Part shown: positions 1 through 7,570 of the stretch, one piece after another
Layout of the letters: the number at the start of each line of letters is the position of its first letter
Numbering within the stretch: position 1 is the first letter of the stretch
Notes under the pieces: model-generated
Told to the model about the DNA's origin: nothing
Databases searched by the model: none
Seen by the model: the letters and a program-made list of their open reading frames with translations, nothing else
Source of the DNA: Escherichia phage ECML-606-1
DNA length: 64,000 nucleotides
Sequence record: OL631484.1
Direction: 5' to 3' (one strand)
Program-made: the position numbers and the translations under genes

Positions 1-593
1 CTGAGTTTGAGGCCGCTAACAAAGGCAATTACATCGTAAGCGCCGACATGTACGACCGGATCCGCTATATCCGCGACGCCGTTTGGTCAGAGCCTGAGTG
101 CGCTGGCTTGCTGGCGGGGATCATCCCTGAGCAATCCGTATATGGTTTGATGGATATCCCGACGCTGGAAGGTGACGAGCTCGTTACCGATGAAAATGGT
201 GTGGTGATGCAGGGGCTGGTTAAGTGCCAGTTTGACGGCATCGCGCCGGACTTCTCTTATGCGCTCGACCTGAAAAGCACGGAAGATGCCAGCGAGGAGG
301 GCTTTGCCCGCTCCATGGCTAACTACCGTTATGACGTGCAGGATGCCTGGTATGAAATGGTCAGCGAATCGGCCTTTAACCGCCACCCTGAGGAATTCAT
401 TTTCCTGTGTTATGAGAAAGAGCCGCCTTACGTGTCCGGCATTTACTGGTGTACAAAGACTGACCGTATGCTGGCATCACAGGCCGCACGCCGCGACTTT
501 GCGAAAATTGAGCATCATCGCCGCCTTGGGGTATGGCCTCAGTACAGCGCCACACCTCGCACTATCAGCCTGCCCGGCTGGTATCGTCGTTAA
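1..593 (+). CDS. PD-(D/E)XK superfamily nuclease (recombination exonuclease-like); 5' end lies outside the window
   Basis: Reading frame is open from base 1 with no in-frame stop before the first Met at 48; contains a D..(D/E)xK-type core (DFSYALDLKSTED) and a downstream QD/Y motif typical of RecB/Cas4-type nucleases; first gene of a + strand recombination cluster. Confidence 0.55.
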   Translation, partial: EFEAANKGNYIVSADMYDRIRYIRDAVWSEPECAGLLAGIIPEQSVYGLMDIPTLEGDELVTDENGVVMQGLVKCQFDGIAPDFSYALDLKSTEDASEEGFARSMANYRYDVQDAWYEMVSESAFNRHPEEFIFLCYEKEPPYVSGIYWCTKTDRMLASQAARRDFAKIEHHRRLGVWPQYSATPRTISLPGWYRR

Positions 594-611
594 TTTAAAA
601 GGAAGCCCATC

Positions 612-1946
612 ATGTATGTTACTCGCGTAAAAATTACCAACGTTCTCGGCATTGAGCACCTCGACTTTGAGCCGGGCAAAATTACTGAGATCTCCGGCCC
701 TAACGGCTCCGGTAAAACTTCCGTGCTGGAAACCATTCAGGCTGTGTTGAAAGGCGGTAACGATGCCACCCTGCTGCGTAAGGGTGCCGCCAAAGGTGAA
801 GCCGTTCTGGTACTGGATGACGGCACGGAGATCACCCGCGCCATTACCGCGACCACCAGCACGACGACCGTCCGCGACGCCGAAGGTAAAAAGCAGGCTC
901 GCCCTTCTGACATCCTGCGTAACCTGACCGACCTTTACAGCGCTAACCCGGTTGAATTCCTCAGGGCACCGAAAAAAGACCGTGTGCGCGTGCTGCTGGA
1001 GACTATGCCGCTCAAAGTGGATGCCGCAGCCATTGAGGAGATTACCGGAGAGCCGTGCAGCGCGACCGAAAACGCCCATGCGGTAGACGTGATCAACGGT
1101 CTGCATAAGGGCTACTACGACGAGCGCACTGGCGTTAACCGCGTCATTGACGAGAAGAAAAAAAGCATCAAGCAGCTGAAAGAGGCGGTGCCTGAGGCCC
1201 CGGCTGGCGTTGAGGGCAGCGAGGACGAGATCCGCATTGCCATTAAGACTGCCGACGATGCCCGCGACGCGGAAGAAAAGCGCATCAGCGAGAAGCTGAG
1301 CACCATTAAGACGCAGATGGCAGAAGAAGCCGGGAAGATTGATACCGCGCTGGCTGAGGCCATTGCCAAGCTCCAGCAGGAAGCGGAAGCCAACAAACAG
1401 GCGCTGCGTGACAAGCTGGCTGGCATTCAGGTTGCCGCTGAGAAACAGCGCACTAAAAACATCACCACCCACAGCGAGACCACGGCACCGCTGATCGCCG
1501 CGCTGAATCTGATTGTGGCGAACCGTGACGCGCACGCCAAACGTGAGCAGACGCTGAAAAACATCACCCAGCTGGAAACCGACCTCGAAAAATTCCAGGA
1601 TGATGCGCTGCGTCTGGATAAGATCATGGCTGGTCTGGAGGCGTACAAAGCGACGCTGCTGGCATCCCTGCCGATCCCCGGTCTGGAAGTCCGCGCGGGC
1701 GAGATCTTCCGTGATGATGTAGCTTTTGACCGTCTGAACACGGCTCAGCAGGTGAGCATCGCGGTGGAGATCGCCAAGCTACGCACGGGTGAGCTCGGCT
1801 GCTGCTGCGTGGATGGTCTTGAGTTGCTGGATCCTGCTGCGTATGAGGCATTCAAAGCGCAGGCCGTAGAATCGGGCCTCCAGATGTTTATTTCTAAGGT
1901 GACGGGCGAAGATTTTACTATTAATCCGCAGGGCACTGTAGCATAA
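612..1946 (+). CDS. SbcC/Rad50/RecF-like AAA ATPase
   Basis: Walker A GPNGSGKTS near the N-terminus, long charged coiled-coil middle, C-terminal D-loop-like ELGCCCVDGLELLD; RBS AAGGAAG about 6 nt upstream of ATG. Confidence 0.7.
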   Translation: MYVTRVKITNVLGIEHLDFEPGKITEISGPNGSGKTSVLETIQAVLKGGNDATLLRKGAAKGEAVLVLDDGTEITRAITATTSTTTVRDAEGKKQARPSDILRNLTDLYSANPVEFLRAPKKDRVRVLLETMPLKVDAAAIEEITGEPCSATENAHAVDVINGLHKGYYDERTGVNRVIDEKKKSIKQLKEAVPEAPAGVEGSEDEIRIAIKTADDARDAEEKRISEKLSTIKTQMAEEAGKIDTALAEAIAKLQQEAEANKQALRDKLAGIQVAAEKQRTKNITTHSETTAPLIAALNLIVANRDAHAKREQTLKNITQLETDLEKFQDDALRLDKIMAGLEAYKATLLASLPIPGLEVRAGEIFRDDVAFDRLNTAQQVSIAVEIAKLRTGELGCCCVDGLELLDPAAYEAFKAQAVESGLQMFISKVTGEDFTINPQGTVA

Positions 1947-1994
1947 TCATTTTTGCTTAAAGGCGGGGCGCAAGCCCCCTAACGGAGTCATATA

Positions 1995-3293
1995 ATGAGT
2001 AACCAACCTGTAAACCATACGCCGATTGTGCGCCAGCAGGATTCCGGCAATTTCAATATGACATCTGGCCCCGGTCTCCCGGCTGACCAGATGAATAGCA
2101 GCGTCGTTTCCATTGAGCAACAGCGTGCCATCGCAGAAGCTCAGGGCCAGCTGGTACTGGCGAAGCGCTTCCCGCGTAACTTCGCTCAGGCCATGGAGGA
2201 GATCCTGACCTCCTGCGCCTACATGGAGTTTGCGGAGGAAGCCTTTTACGCCCTTCCTCGTGGCGGTCAGACCGTGCGCGGCCCATCTATCCGTCTGGCT
2301 GAGGAGATCGCCCGCTGTTACGGTAACTTCCAGTACGGGCACCGTGAGCTCGCGCGTAATGAAGGCGAGAGCGTGGTGGAGGTGTACGCGTGGGATGTTG
2401 AGAAGAACAACCGCAGCACCCGCCAGATCACCATCCCTCACATCATGGACACGAGAAGCGGTGGCAAGAAGCTGACCGGGCAGAAAGAGATCACCGATTA
2501 CATTGCCAACGTGGCATCCAAGCAGATGCGTTCCCGTATTCTGGCCCTGCTGCCTAAGCCGCTAGTTGCCGCAGCCATCAAACGCTGTGAAATGACGCTG
2601 GCAGGCACTGGCGAGCAGACCATCCAGCAGCGTCTGGAGAAGATGCAGGGGATGTTTATCAAGTACGGCGTGACCGTCAAGATGCTGGAAAGCTATCTCA
2701 ATCACCCGCTTTCTGAAACCACCACCGACGAGATCACCGATTTGATCGCGGTGTACACCGCTATTAAAGACGGTGGCAACGCCAAAGACTTCTTTACCGT
2801 GTCCAGCGATCCGGTCGATGATGAGAGCAGCAAAAACGTCAAAGACATTATCGCCAAAAACAACGCCGCAGCTGCTAGCGCTGGCGCTGGCAATAAGCCT
2901 AACGTCAATACCCAGCCGACCGGGCAGCGACTGGTTAAGCCTGAGCCACAGCCTCAGGATAACGCACAGGCTGGCAATGACGCGCAGGCAGCAGCTCAGG
3001 AGACTAAGACTGCTACCAAAAGCGATAAGAAGAATGCAAGCGCTGGCACTGGCAAGAAAACAGCTGCAAACGCCAAAACCGAAGCCGCAGCAGCCCAGCA
3101 GCCTGAGGATAAAACTGGGGTAGATACTGCTGGCGCTACCGTTGATGGTCAGAGCGCTGGTGCTAATACGCCGCTGCCGGATTCTCACCCTGAGGAACCG
3201 CTGCCGCCGCAGGAAGAAGACGCGCCAAACGTTGACCTGACGCCGCCGCCGATGGATATCCCACCACCAGAAAGCGAAGACGATTATTTCTAA
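1995..3293 (+). CDS. ssDNA-binding / single-strand annealing-type protein with acidic C-terminal tail
   Basis: Folded N-terminal roughly 270 aa followed by a long low-complexity A/Q/K/P-rich linker and an acidic tail ending EEDAP...ESEDDYF (terminal aromatic, as in SSB/gp2.5-type proteins); placed between recombination ATPase and HU. Confidence 0.45.
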   Translation: MSNQPVNHTPIVRQQDSGNFNMTSGPGLPADQMNSSVVSIEQQRAIAEAQGQLVLAKRFPRNFAQAMEEILTSCAYMEFAEEAFYALPRGGQTVRGPSIRLAEEIARCYGNFQYGHRELARNEGESVVEVYAWDVEKNNRSTRQITIPHIMDTRSGGKKLTGQKEITDYIANVASKQMRSRILALLPKPLVAAAIKRCEMTLAGTGEQTIQQRLEKMQGMFIKYGVTVKMLESYLNHPLSETTTDEITDLIAVYTAIKDGGNAKDFFTVSSDPVDDESSKNVKDIIAKNNAAAASAGAGNKPNVNTQPTGQRLVKPEPQPQDNAQAGNDAQAAAQETKTATKSDKKNASAGTGKKTAANAKTEAAAAQQPEDKTGVDTAGATVDGQSAGANTPLPDSHPEEPLPPQEEDAPNVDLTPPPMDIPPPESEDDYF

Positions 3294-3329
3294 CAATCGG
3301 GCCTCCGGGCCCTTAACTGGAGCATTACC

Positions 3330-3605
3330 ATGCTGACTAAAGCACAAATCGTGGAACACATCGCCAAAGAGCAGAATATCACCAAGTCACAGGCTGAGCG
3401 CTTTTACAGCTGCTTCACCCAGCTGGTGACTGATACCCTGAAAGCTGGCGAAGAAGTAAAACTGAATGGCGTCGGCACGCTGAAAGTGGCTGCGCGTGCA
3501 GCTCGTACCGTGCGCAATCCGGCTACTGGTGCCCCTCTGGATATCCCGGAAACCCGTACCGTGAAGTTTTCTGTAACCAAAGACCTGAAAGACGCGCTGA
3601 ATTAA
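3330..3605 (+). CDS. HU/IHF-family histone-like DNA-binding protein
   Basis: 91 aa; N-terminal MLTKAQIVEHIA, GVGTLKV...RNPATG...FSV arm typical of HU/IHF (bacterial DNA-binding protein fold); followed by an intrinsic terminator. Confidence 0.85.
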   Translation: MLTKAQIVEHIAKEQNITKSQAERFYSCFTQLVTDTLKAGEEVKLNGVGTLKVAARAARTVRNPATGAPLDIPETRTVKFSVTKDLKDALN

Positions 3606-3636
3606 TCAGCACCCTATTACAAAAGGATTCCCTGAT

Positions 3637-3666
3637 AAAAGGCCCGTTACAGGGCCTTTTCTTTCT
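3637..3666 (+). terminator. Rho-independent terminator after HU gene
   Basis: GC hairpin GGCCC-gttaca-GGGCC followed by TTTTCTTTCT. Confidence 0.6.
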
Positions 3667-3676
3667 GGAGGTATCA

Positions 3677-4042
3677 ATGCTCAGGAAAGATGTTGTACAG
3701 GTGCTGGAAGGGCTGGCGAAGGATTTACCGCCCCCTCCGACGCCTGAGGAAGTCCGCAAGATCCGCGCCCGGCACGCTGGGCACATCAGCCCGGTAACGG
3801 TCTGCGAATGTGGGTGGAGTGACTTTTTTCACCGCATGGGGTGCCGGAACCAGACGGACTTTCTTGATAATACCGGGCATCAAATTAAATGGCTGTTCCT
3901 CGCGCACGATGGCCCGTTAGAAGGCAGCGGCAGCAGGATTATTGAACACGGCGTCCATTTTTGTTTCACGGGAGATAACGATGCAATTCACCCAGACTCA
4001 GGGGTCAGCGATCCAGCAGGTAGCGAAGTGGGCAAACAGTAA
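3677..4042 (+). CDS. hypothetical small protein (Cys/His-containing)
   Basis: ORF with strong RBS GGAGG 6 nt upstream; overlaps the annotated helicase start so either this ORF or the long helicase start (3942) is mis-assigned. Confidence 0.3.
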   Translation: MLRKDVVQVLEGLAKDLPPPPTPEEVRKIRARHAGHISPVTVCECGWSDFFHRMGCRNQTDFLDNTGHQIKWLFLAHDGPLEGSGSRIIEHGVHFCFTGDNDAIHPDSGVSDPAGSEVGKQ

Positions 4043-5093
4043 GGGCGGGCCTCAGGTCATGCGTCTGTTTGGCTACGCGGGAACTGGGAAAACGACCGTT
4101 GCCAAAGCTATCGCTGAGGAGGTCAAAGGCACCGTACTGTTTGGCGCGTTCACGGGGAAAGCCTCGCTGGTCATGCGTAAGAAGGGCTGCACCAATGCCA
4201 GCACGCTGCACAGCCTGATCTATATGCAGGATGAAGACGCGCCTCCGGGCCCGCATCCTAAGTTTATTCTTAACCCTGAAAGCTCCCTTCGTTACAGTCG
4301 CCTGCTGATTGTCGATGAATGCTCAATGGTCGGCCCTGATCTCGGCGCTGACCTCCTCAGCTTTCATCGTAAAATTCTGGTGCTGGGCGATCCGGCGCAG
4401 CTCCAGCCAGTCAACGGAGAGGGCTTTTTCTGCGCTCCCGGCGTCCAGCCTGACATCATGCTCACAGAGGTTCATCGTTCGGCGGCTGAATCGCCTATCA
4501 TCCGGTTGTCTATGGACTTGCGCGAGGGGCGTCGCCTCCAGTACGGCACCTATGGTGACAGCTGCATCATTGAGCGCAAGCACCTCGGACAGCGCCGCGT
4601 GCTGGAATCTGACATCGTGCTTTGCGGCATGAATAAAACCCGCATCAACCTCAATGAGAAGATCAGGAAGCTGAAAGGGGTTGAGAGCCCATTCCCGGTG
4701 GCTGGCGATAAGCTGATTTGCCTCAAAAACGACAAAGAGCTCCAGATGTACAACGGCTCGATCTGGACAGCGAAGCACGCCGCAGAGCCAGACCGGAACG
4801 GGCTGGTAATGCTCACAGTTGAGACCGAAGACGATCCGACCGTTGATTACCCGGTTGAGGTCATGGTACCGGAGAAATTCTTTCTGGGCCGCGAGAAAGA
4901 GCTCCACTGGACTGAGTTGCAGGGCATCCAGCAGATGTACTACGGCAACGCGATCACCTGCCATAAAGCGCAGGGCTCAGAGTGGGAGCATGTTGTGATA
5001 TTCGACGAGGGCGGGATCTTTAAACAGGATGCGTGGCGCTGGCGGTATACGGCGATTACACGCGCCAGCGAGCGGTTTACCTATATTATGTGA
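3942..5093 (+). CDS. Dda/RecD-like superfamily 1 DNA helicase
   Basis: Walker A GYAGTGKTT, Walker B LLIVDECSMV, C-terminal ITCHKAQGSEWEHV and YTAITRA motifs characteristic of RecD/Dda-type helicases; alternative start ATG at 3981 has a better RBS (GGGAGA). Confidence 0.8.
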   Translation: MNTASIFVSREITMQFTQTQGSAIQQVAKWANSKGGPQVMRLFGYAGTGKTTVAKAIAEEVKGTVLFGAFTGKASLVMRKKGCTNASTLHSLIYMQDEDAPPGPHPKFILNPESSLRYSRLLIVDECSMVGPDLGADLLSFHRKILVLGDPAQLQPVNGEGFFCAPGVQPDIMLTEVHRSAAESPIIRLSMDLREGRRLQYGTYGDSCIIERKHLGQRRVLESDIVLCGMNKTRINLNEKIRKLKGVESPFPVAGDKLICLKNDKELQMYNGSIWTAKHAAEPDRNGLVMLTVETEDDPTVDYPVEVMVPEKFFLGREKELHWTELQGIQQMYYGNAITCHKAQGSEWEHVVIFDEGGIFKQDAWRWRYTAITRASERFTYIM

Positions 5094-5357
5094 TTACATG
5101 CCTTGGCTGGCTATCCAGTCAGCCTTATTCTTGTCCCGCGTGGCACAATCGCCGTACATGCCTAACAGGTCAGAATATGCCTTATACAGCGTCCCCATGT
5201 TTTCTCCGGGGTCGAGGTCTACGGCAGGGCAGGTAACGCGCAGCGATTCGCTCATGTGTGGCTTGGCCTGATCAACGACAACCTGCGTCGCCGGGCGAGG
5301 CTTATCGCTACAACCAGCGATAAAAGTCAGGGCGGCCACCAGCATCAGTTTTTTCAT
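5094..5357 (-). CDS. o-spanin (Rz1-like outer-membrane lipoprotein)
   Basis: Signal peptide plus lipobox (LTFIAGC), short Pro/Cys-containing mature part; start overlaps stop of upstream i-spanin (ATGA); last gene of lysis cassette. Confidence 0.6.
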   Translation of the reverse strand: MKKLMLVAALTFIAGCSDKPRPATQVVVDQAKPHMSESLRVTCPAVDLDPGENMGTLYKAYSDLLGMYGDCATRDKNKADWIASQGM

Positions 5358-5815
5358 TTTGATGCCTCCGCAGGAACTACGCCGATGAATTGCGCGTTGA
5401 TATCCCGTGTCTTATTGAGCAGGATCTCACGACCGGACGCGGGGAGTTTACAGTCGGTATAGACTGTCTTTTCGGTCTCTTTCTGAATGGTGTTGTTGTA
5501 GGTCTTGTTGACGATCTGGATGTTGTTCAGCGCGGTGAGGAAGTTTTTCTCCACGATCTGAGCACGATGCTCAGCATCAATGCGCCGGGCCTCCTTCTCC
5601 TGTAAGGCTACGTTCTGAGCATCAATCAGGGCCTGACGTTCCCCCGCCATGCGTAGCGCTTCGGACTCCGTACCCGATTTAAACCCAAAATAAAGGCCGG
5701 AACCGCCAGCGCCCATCATTGCGATAAGGCAAGCAACAATTATCCATGGGACAGCTTTTGTTCTAACGACTGCGGCACCCGCAATCTCTACCGTTTCTTT
5801 CAGTGGATTACTCAT
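5354..5815 (-). CDS. i-spanin (Rz-like)
   Basis: N-terminal transmembrane segment followed by charged coiled-coil periplasmic domain; immediately upstream of lipoprotein gene. Confidence 0.6.
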   Translation of the reverse strand: MSNPLKETVEIAGAAVVRTKAVPWIIVACLIAMMGAGGSGLYFGFKSGTESEALRMAGERQALIDAQNVALQEKEARRIDAEHRAQIVEKNFLTALNNIQIVNKTYNNTIQKETEKTVYTDCKLPASGREILLNKTRDINAQFIGVVPAEASK

Positions 5816-6270
5816 TGGATTATCCTTAGGTTTACAGGTGGCAAAATAACCACCGTGTCACCGTTGATAATACCGTCACGGAAACTTACAGTGCTTCTGA
5901 TTCTGTAGTCTCCCACAGGAAGATCAGGCATAACGAATGCGTAAGATCTCAGGTGGCACCCACCATCTGTAAGAATCTCCAATGGAGGCAGAGGAAAAAC
6001 CGTGCCATCAGGTGCCACCAAAGCCGGAGAAGAATTGAGTTTTAACTTCCCCTTTACGCAATACAGCCGCTCAATTCTGACCTCATCACCAGCCATGAAA
6101 TTCATGGAGTTTTCGCCGTGAGCATCCAGCAGCTCAGTGCGCTTTACCGTGAATGTCGCTGTGTCGGTAAAGATGTAAAACCATCCCCCGGCAAGGAAAG
6201 CAGCCAGGACGAATAGGTATGTAAGGGCACCTACTAGCGCCCTCCTGTGCTTGTAATTTCTGGTCGTCAT
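5812..6270 (-). CDS. membrane protein of unknown function within lysis cassette
   Basis: N-terminal TM helix (LVGALTYLFVLAAFLAGGWFYIF), Cys-containing extracytoplasmic domain; between endolysin and spanins. Confidence 0.35.
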   Translation of the reverse strand: MTTRNYKHRRALVGALTYLFVLAAFLAGGWFYIFTDTATFTVKRTELLDAHGENSMNFMAGDEVRIERLYCVKGKLKLNSSPALVAPDGTVFPLPPLEILTDGGCHLRSYAFVMPDLPVGDYRIRSTVSFRDGIINGDTVVILPPVNLRIIQ

Positions 6271-6479
6271 TTAATGATCACTTTTGCCAGTACAGCCATC
6301 ATGACGGATGACAGGACAGCGGTTGCTAACCCGTAGGCGATCAGTTTTACAGGCGTAAATTCTTCACGGGTTATCTTTTCTTTGACCAGATTTTCCAGTG
6401 TCGAGACCTTCTCCTGTAACCGAACCACGTTCAGATTTAGCTCAGTAATTTTTTTGATGTCTTCGGAGTCTAGTGCCAT
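6267..6479 (-). CDS. small tail-anchored membrane protein (lysis-associated?)
   Basis: 70 aa, coiled-coil N-terminus and C-terminal TM helix (LIAYGLATAVLSSVMMAVLAKVII). Confidence 0.35.
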   Translation of the reverse strand: MALDSEDIKKITELNLNVVRLQEKVSTLENLVKEKITREEFTPVKLIAYGLATAVLSSVMMAVLAKVIIK

Positions 6480-6485
6480 CGCTCA

Positions 6486-7208
6486 TCACTCAAAGTATGG
6501 AATATATTTAGCACGGCGAACATGAATAATGTTCGATACGTACTCTCGGTTTATTCTGAAAAACGACTGACCATAGCCCTGCTTTGGGGTTTTGGATTTC
6601 AGGCTGTACCGCTCGACGTGGTTCCACCAGCGGGACGAATCGCAGCCCCGCGTGTTGGCGCACAGACGGCGATCCTGTAGCACTCCACCCTCTCCACCGT
6701 TGTAAGCACTCAACGTGAAGGCCAGCCGCTCATCAGCGTTAGCCGCTCCTTTCTGGCGGCTGAAAATGGCTTTATCCATTTCCACGATGGCTTTGAGTTG
6801 ATAGTCGGCGTCATATCGGTTCTCCCAGCTCCAGCCCATCAGGCTTTTGTGGGCCGCAGCCAGCTCGCTGATCTTGTCGAACCTGATAGAGCCATCTTTA
6901 TTGTATGCGCGGGTGAACTGCCCCAGACCGATCCCGTTCTCCCGGCTTGTTTTGAGCTCAGCACGCGGATCCCAGCATCGTGAATGTTTCAGGGTGATGC
7001 AGCTTTCCTGCTCAATCTGCCCCGCCAGAAACGATGGCATCGGGGCGTCGGGCCAGATGGTGCGCTGGGCCTGCACCAGATCCGGCAGATACTTTTCAGC
7101 CTTGGGCGGCACACTGGCGCGGGCATCCTCCAGTGAAACCACAAGGGCAATCACCAGCGCGAACCAGACAGCCGTTAACGCCCAGAGCCGTCTCATGCCT
7201 TGGCCCAC
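6486..7208 (-). CDS. endolysin, lytic transglycosylase (SLT-domain) with N-terminal signal/SAR segment
   Basis: SLT-type motifs EQESC, GIGLGQFT, SAYNGG; hydrophobic N-terminus LWALTAVWFALVIALVVSL; overlaps holin gene end. Confidence 0.8.
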   Translation of the reverse strand: MGQGMRRLWALTAVWFALVIALVVSLEDARASVPPKAEKYLPDLVQAQRTIWPDAPMPSFLAGQIEQESCITLKHSRCWDPRAELKTSRENGIGLGQFTRAYNKDGSIRFDKISELAAAHKSLMGWSWENRYDADYQLKAIVEMDKAIFSRQKGAANADERLAFTLSAYNGGEGGVLQDRRLCANTRGCDSSRWWNHVERYSLKSKTPKQGYGQSFFRINREYVSNIIHVRRAKYIPYFE

Positions 7209-7513
7209 GTAACGAGGGACAGGATAAGCAGCCCGACGAATAGCAGCAGCCCGGCGACGACCGTCCCGGATGCCCTGTTACCCCCGTGCGCCTCATTCAG
7301 CAGCCGGGTAAGCTCGATCTGCGGGAACATCATGCGGGAGACAATGACAGCCAGCCCGGTAATGATTGGCGCGACCAGCAGCCACTGCACGACTGTAATG
7401 GTCATGGCCTTATCAATAAACCAGAGGATGATAAAACAGGGGAGGATCATCAGTAGTGCGGTCTTATCGACCAGCGCCCGCAGGCGTTTGACGATGGATT
7501 GTAAAACAGTCAT
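7193..7513 (-). CDS. holin
   Basis: 106 aa with 2-3 predicted TM helices and charged C-terminus; directly upstream of endolysin. Confidence 0.55.
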   Translation of the reverse strand: MTVLQSIVKRLRALVDKTALLMILPCFIILWFIDKAMTITVVQWLLVAPIITGLAVIVSRMMFPQIELTRLLNEAHGGNRASGTVVAGLLLFVGLLILSLVTWAKA

Positions 7514-7543
7514 AAAAAAGCCCTCATACGTTGGTATGAGGGC
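7514..7543 (-). terminator. intrinsic terminator (minus strand) between tail fiber A and holin
   Basis: On minus strand GCCCTCATAC-caac-GTATGAGGGC hairpin followed by TTTTTT that abuts the holin ATG. Confidence 0.5.
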
Positions 7544-7570
7544 AGTTTGTCATCACGACCAGGACTGGTC

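Noticed and set aside
477-1535. 352-aa minus-strand ORF antisense to the SbcC-like ATPase gene
   Set aside because: Fully embedded antisense in a well-supported gene; Arg/Gly/Leu-rich composition typical of GC-biased antisense frames; no RBS or motif
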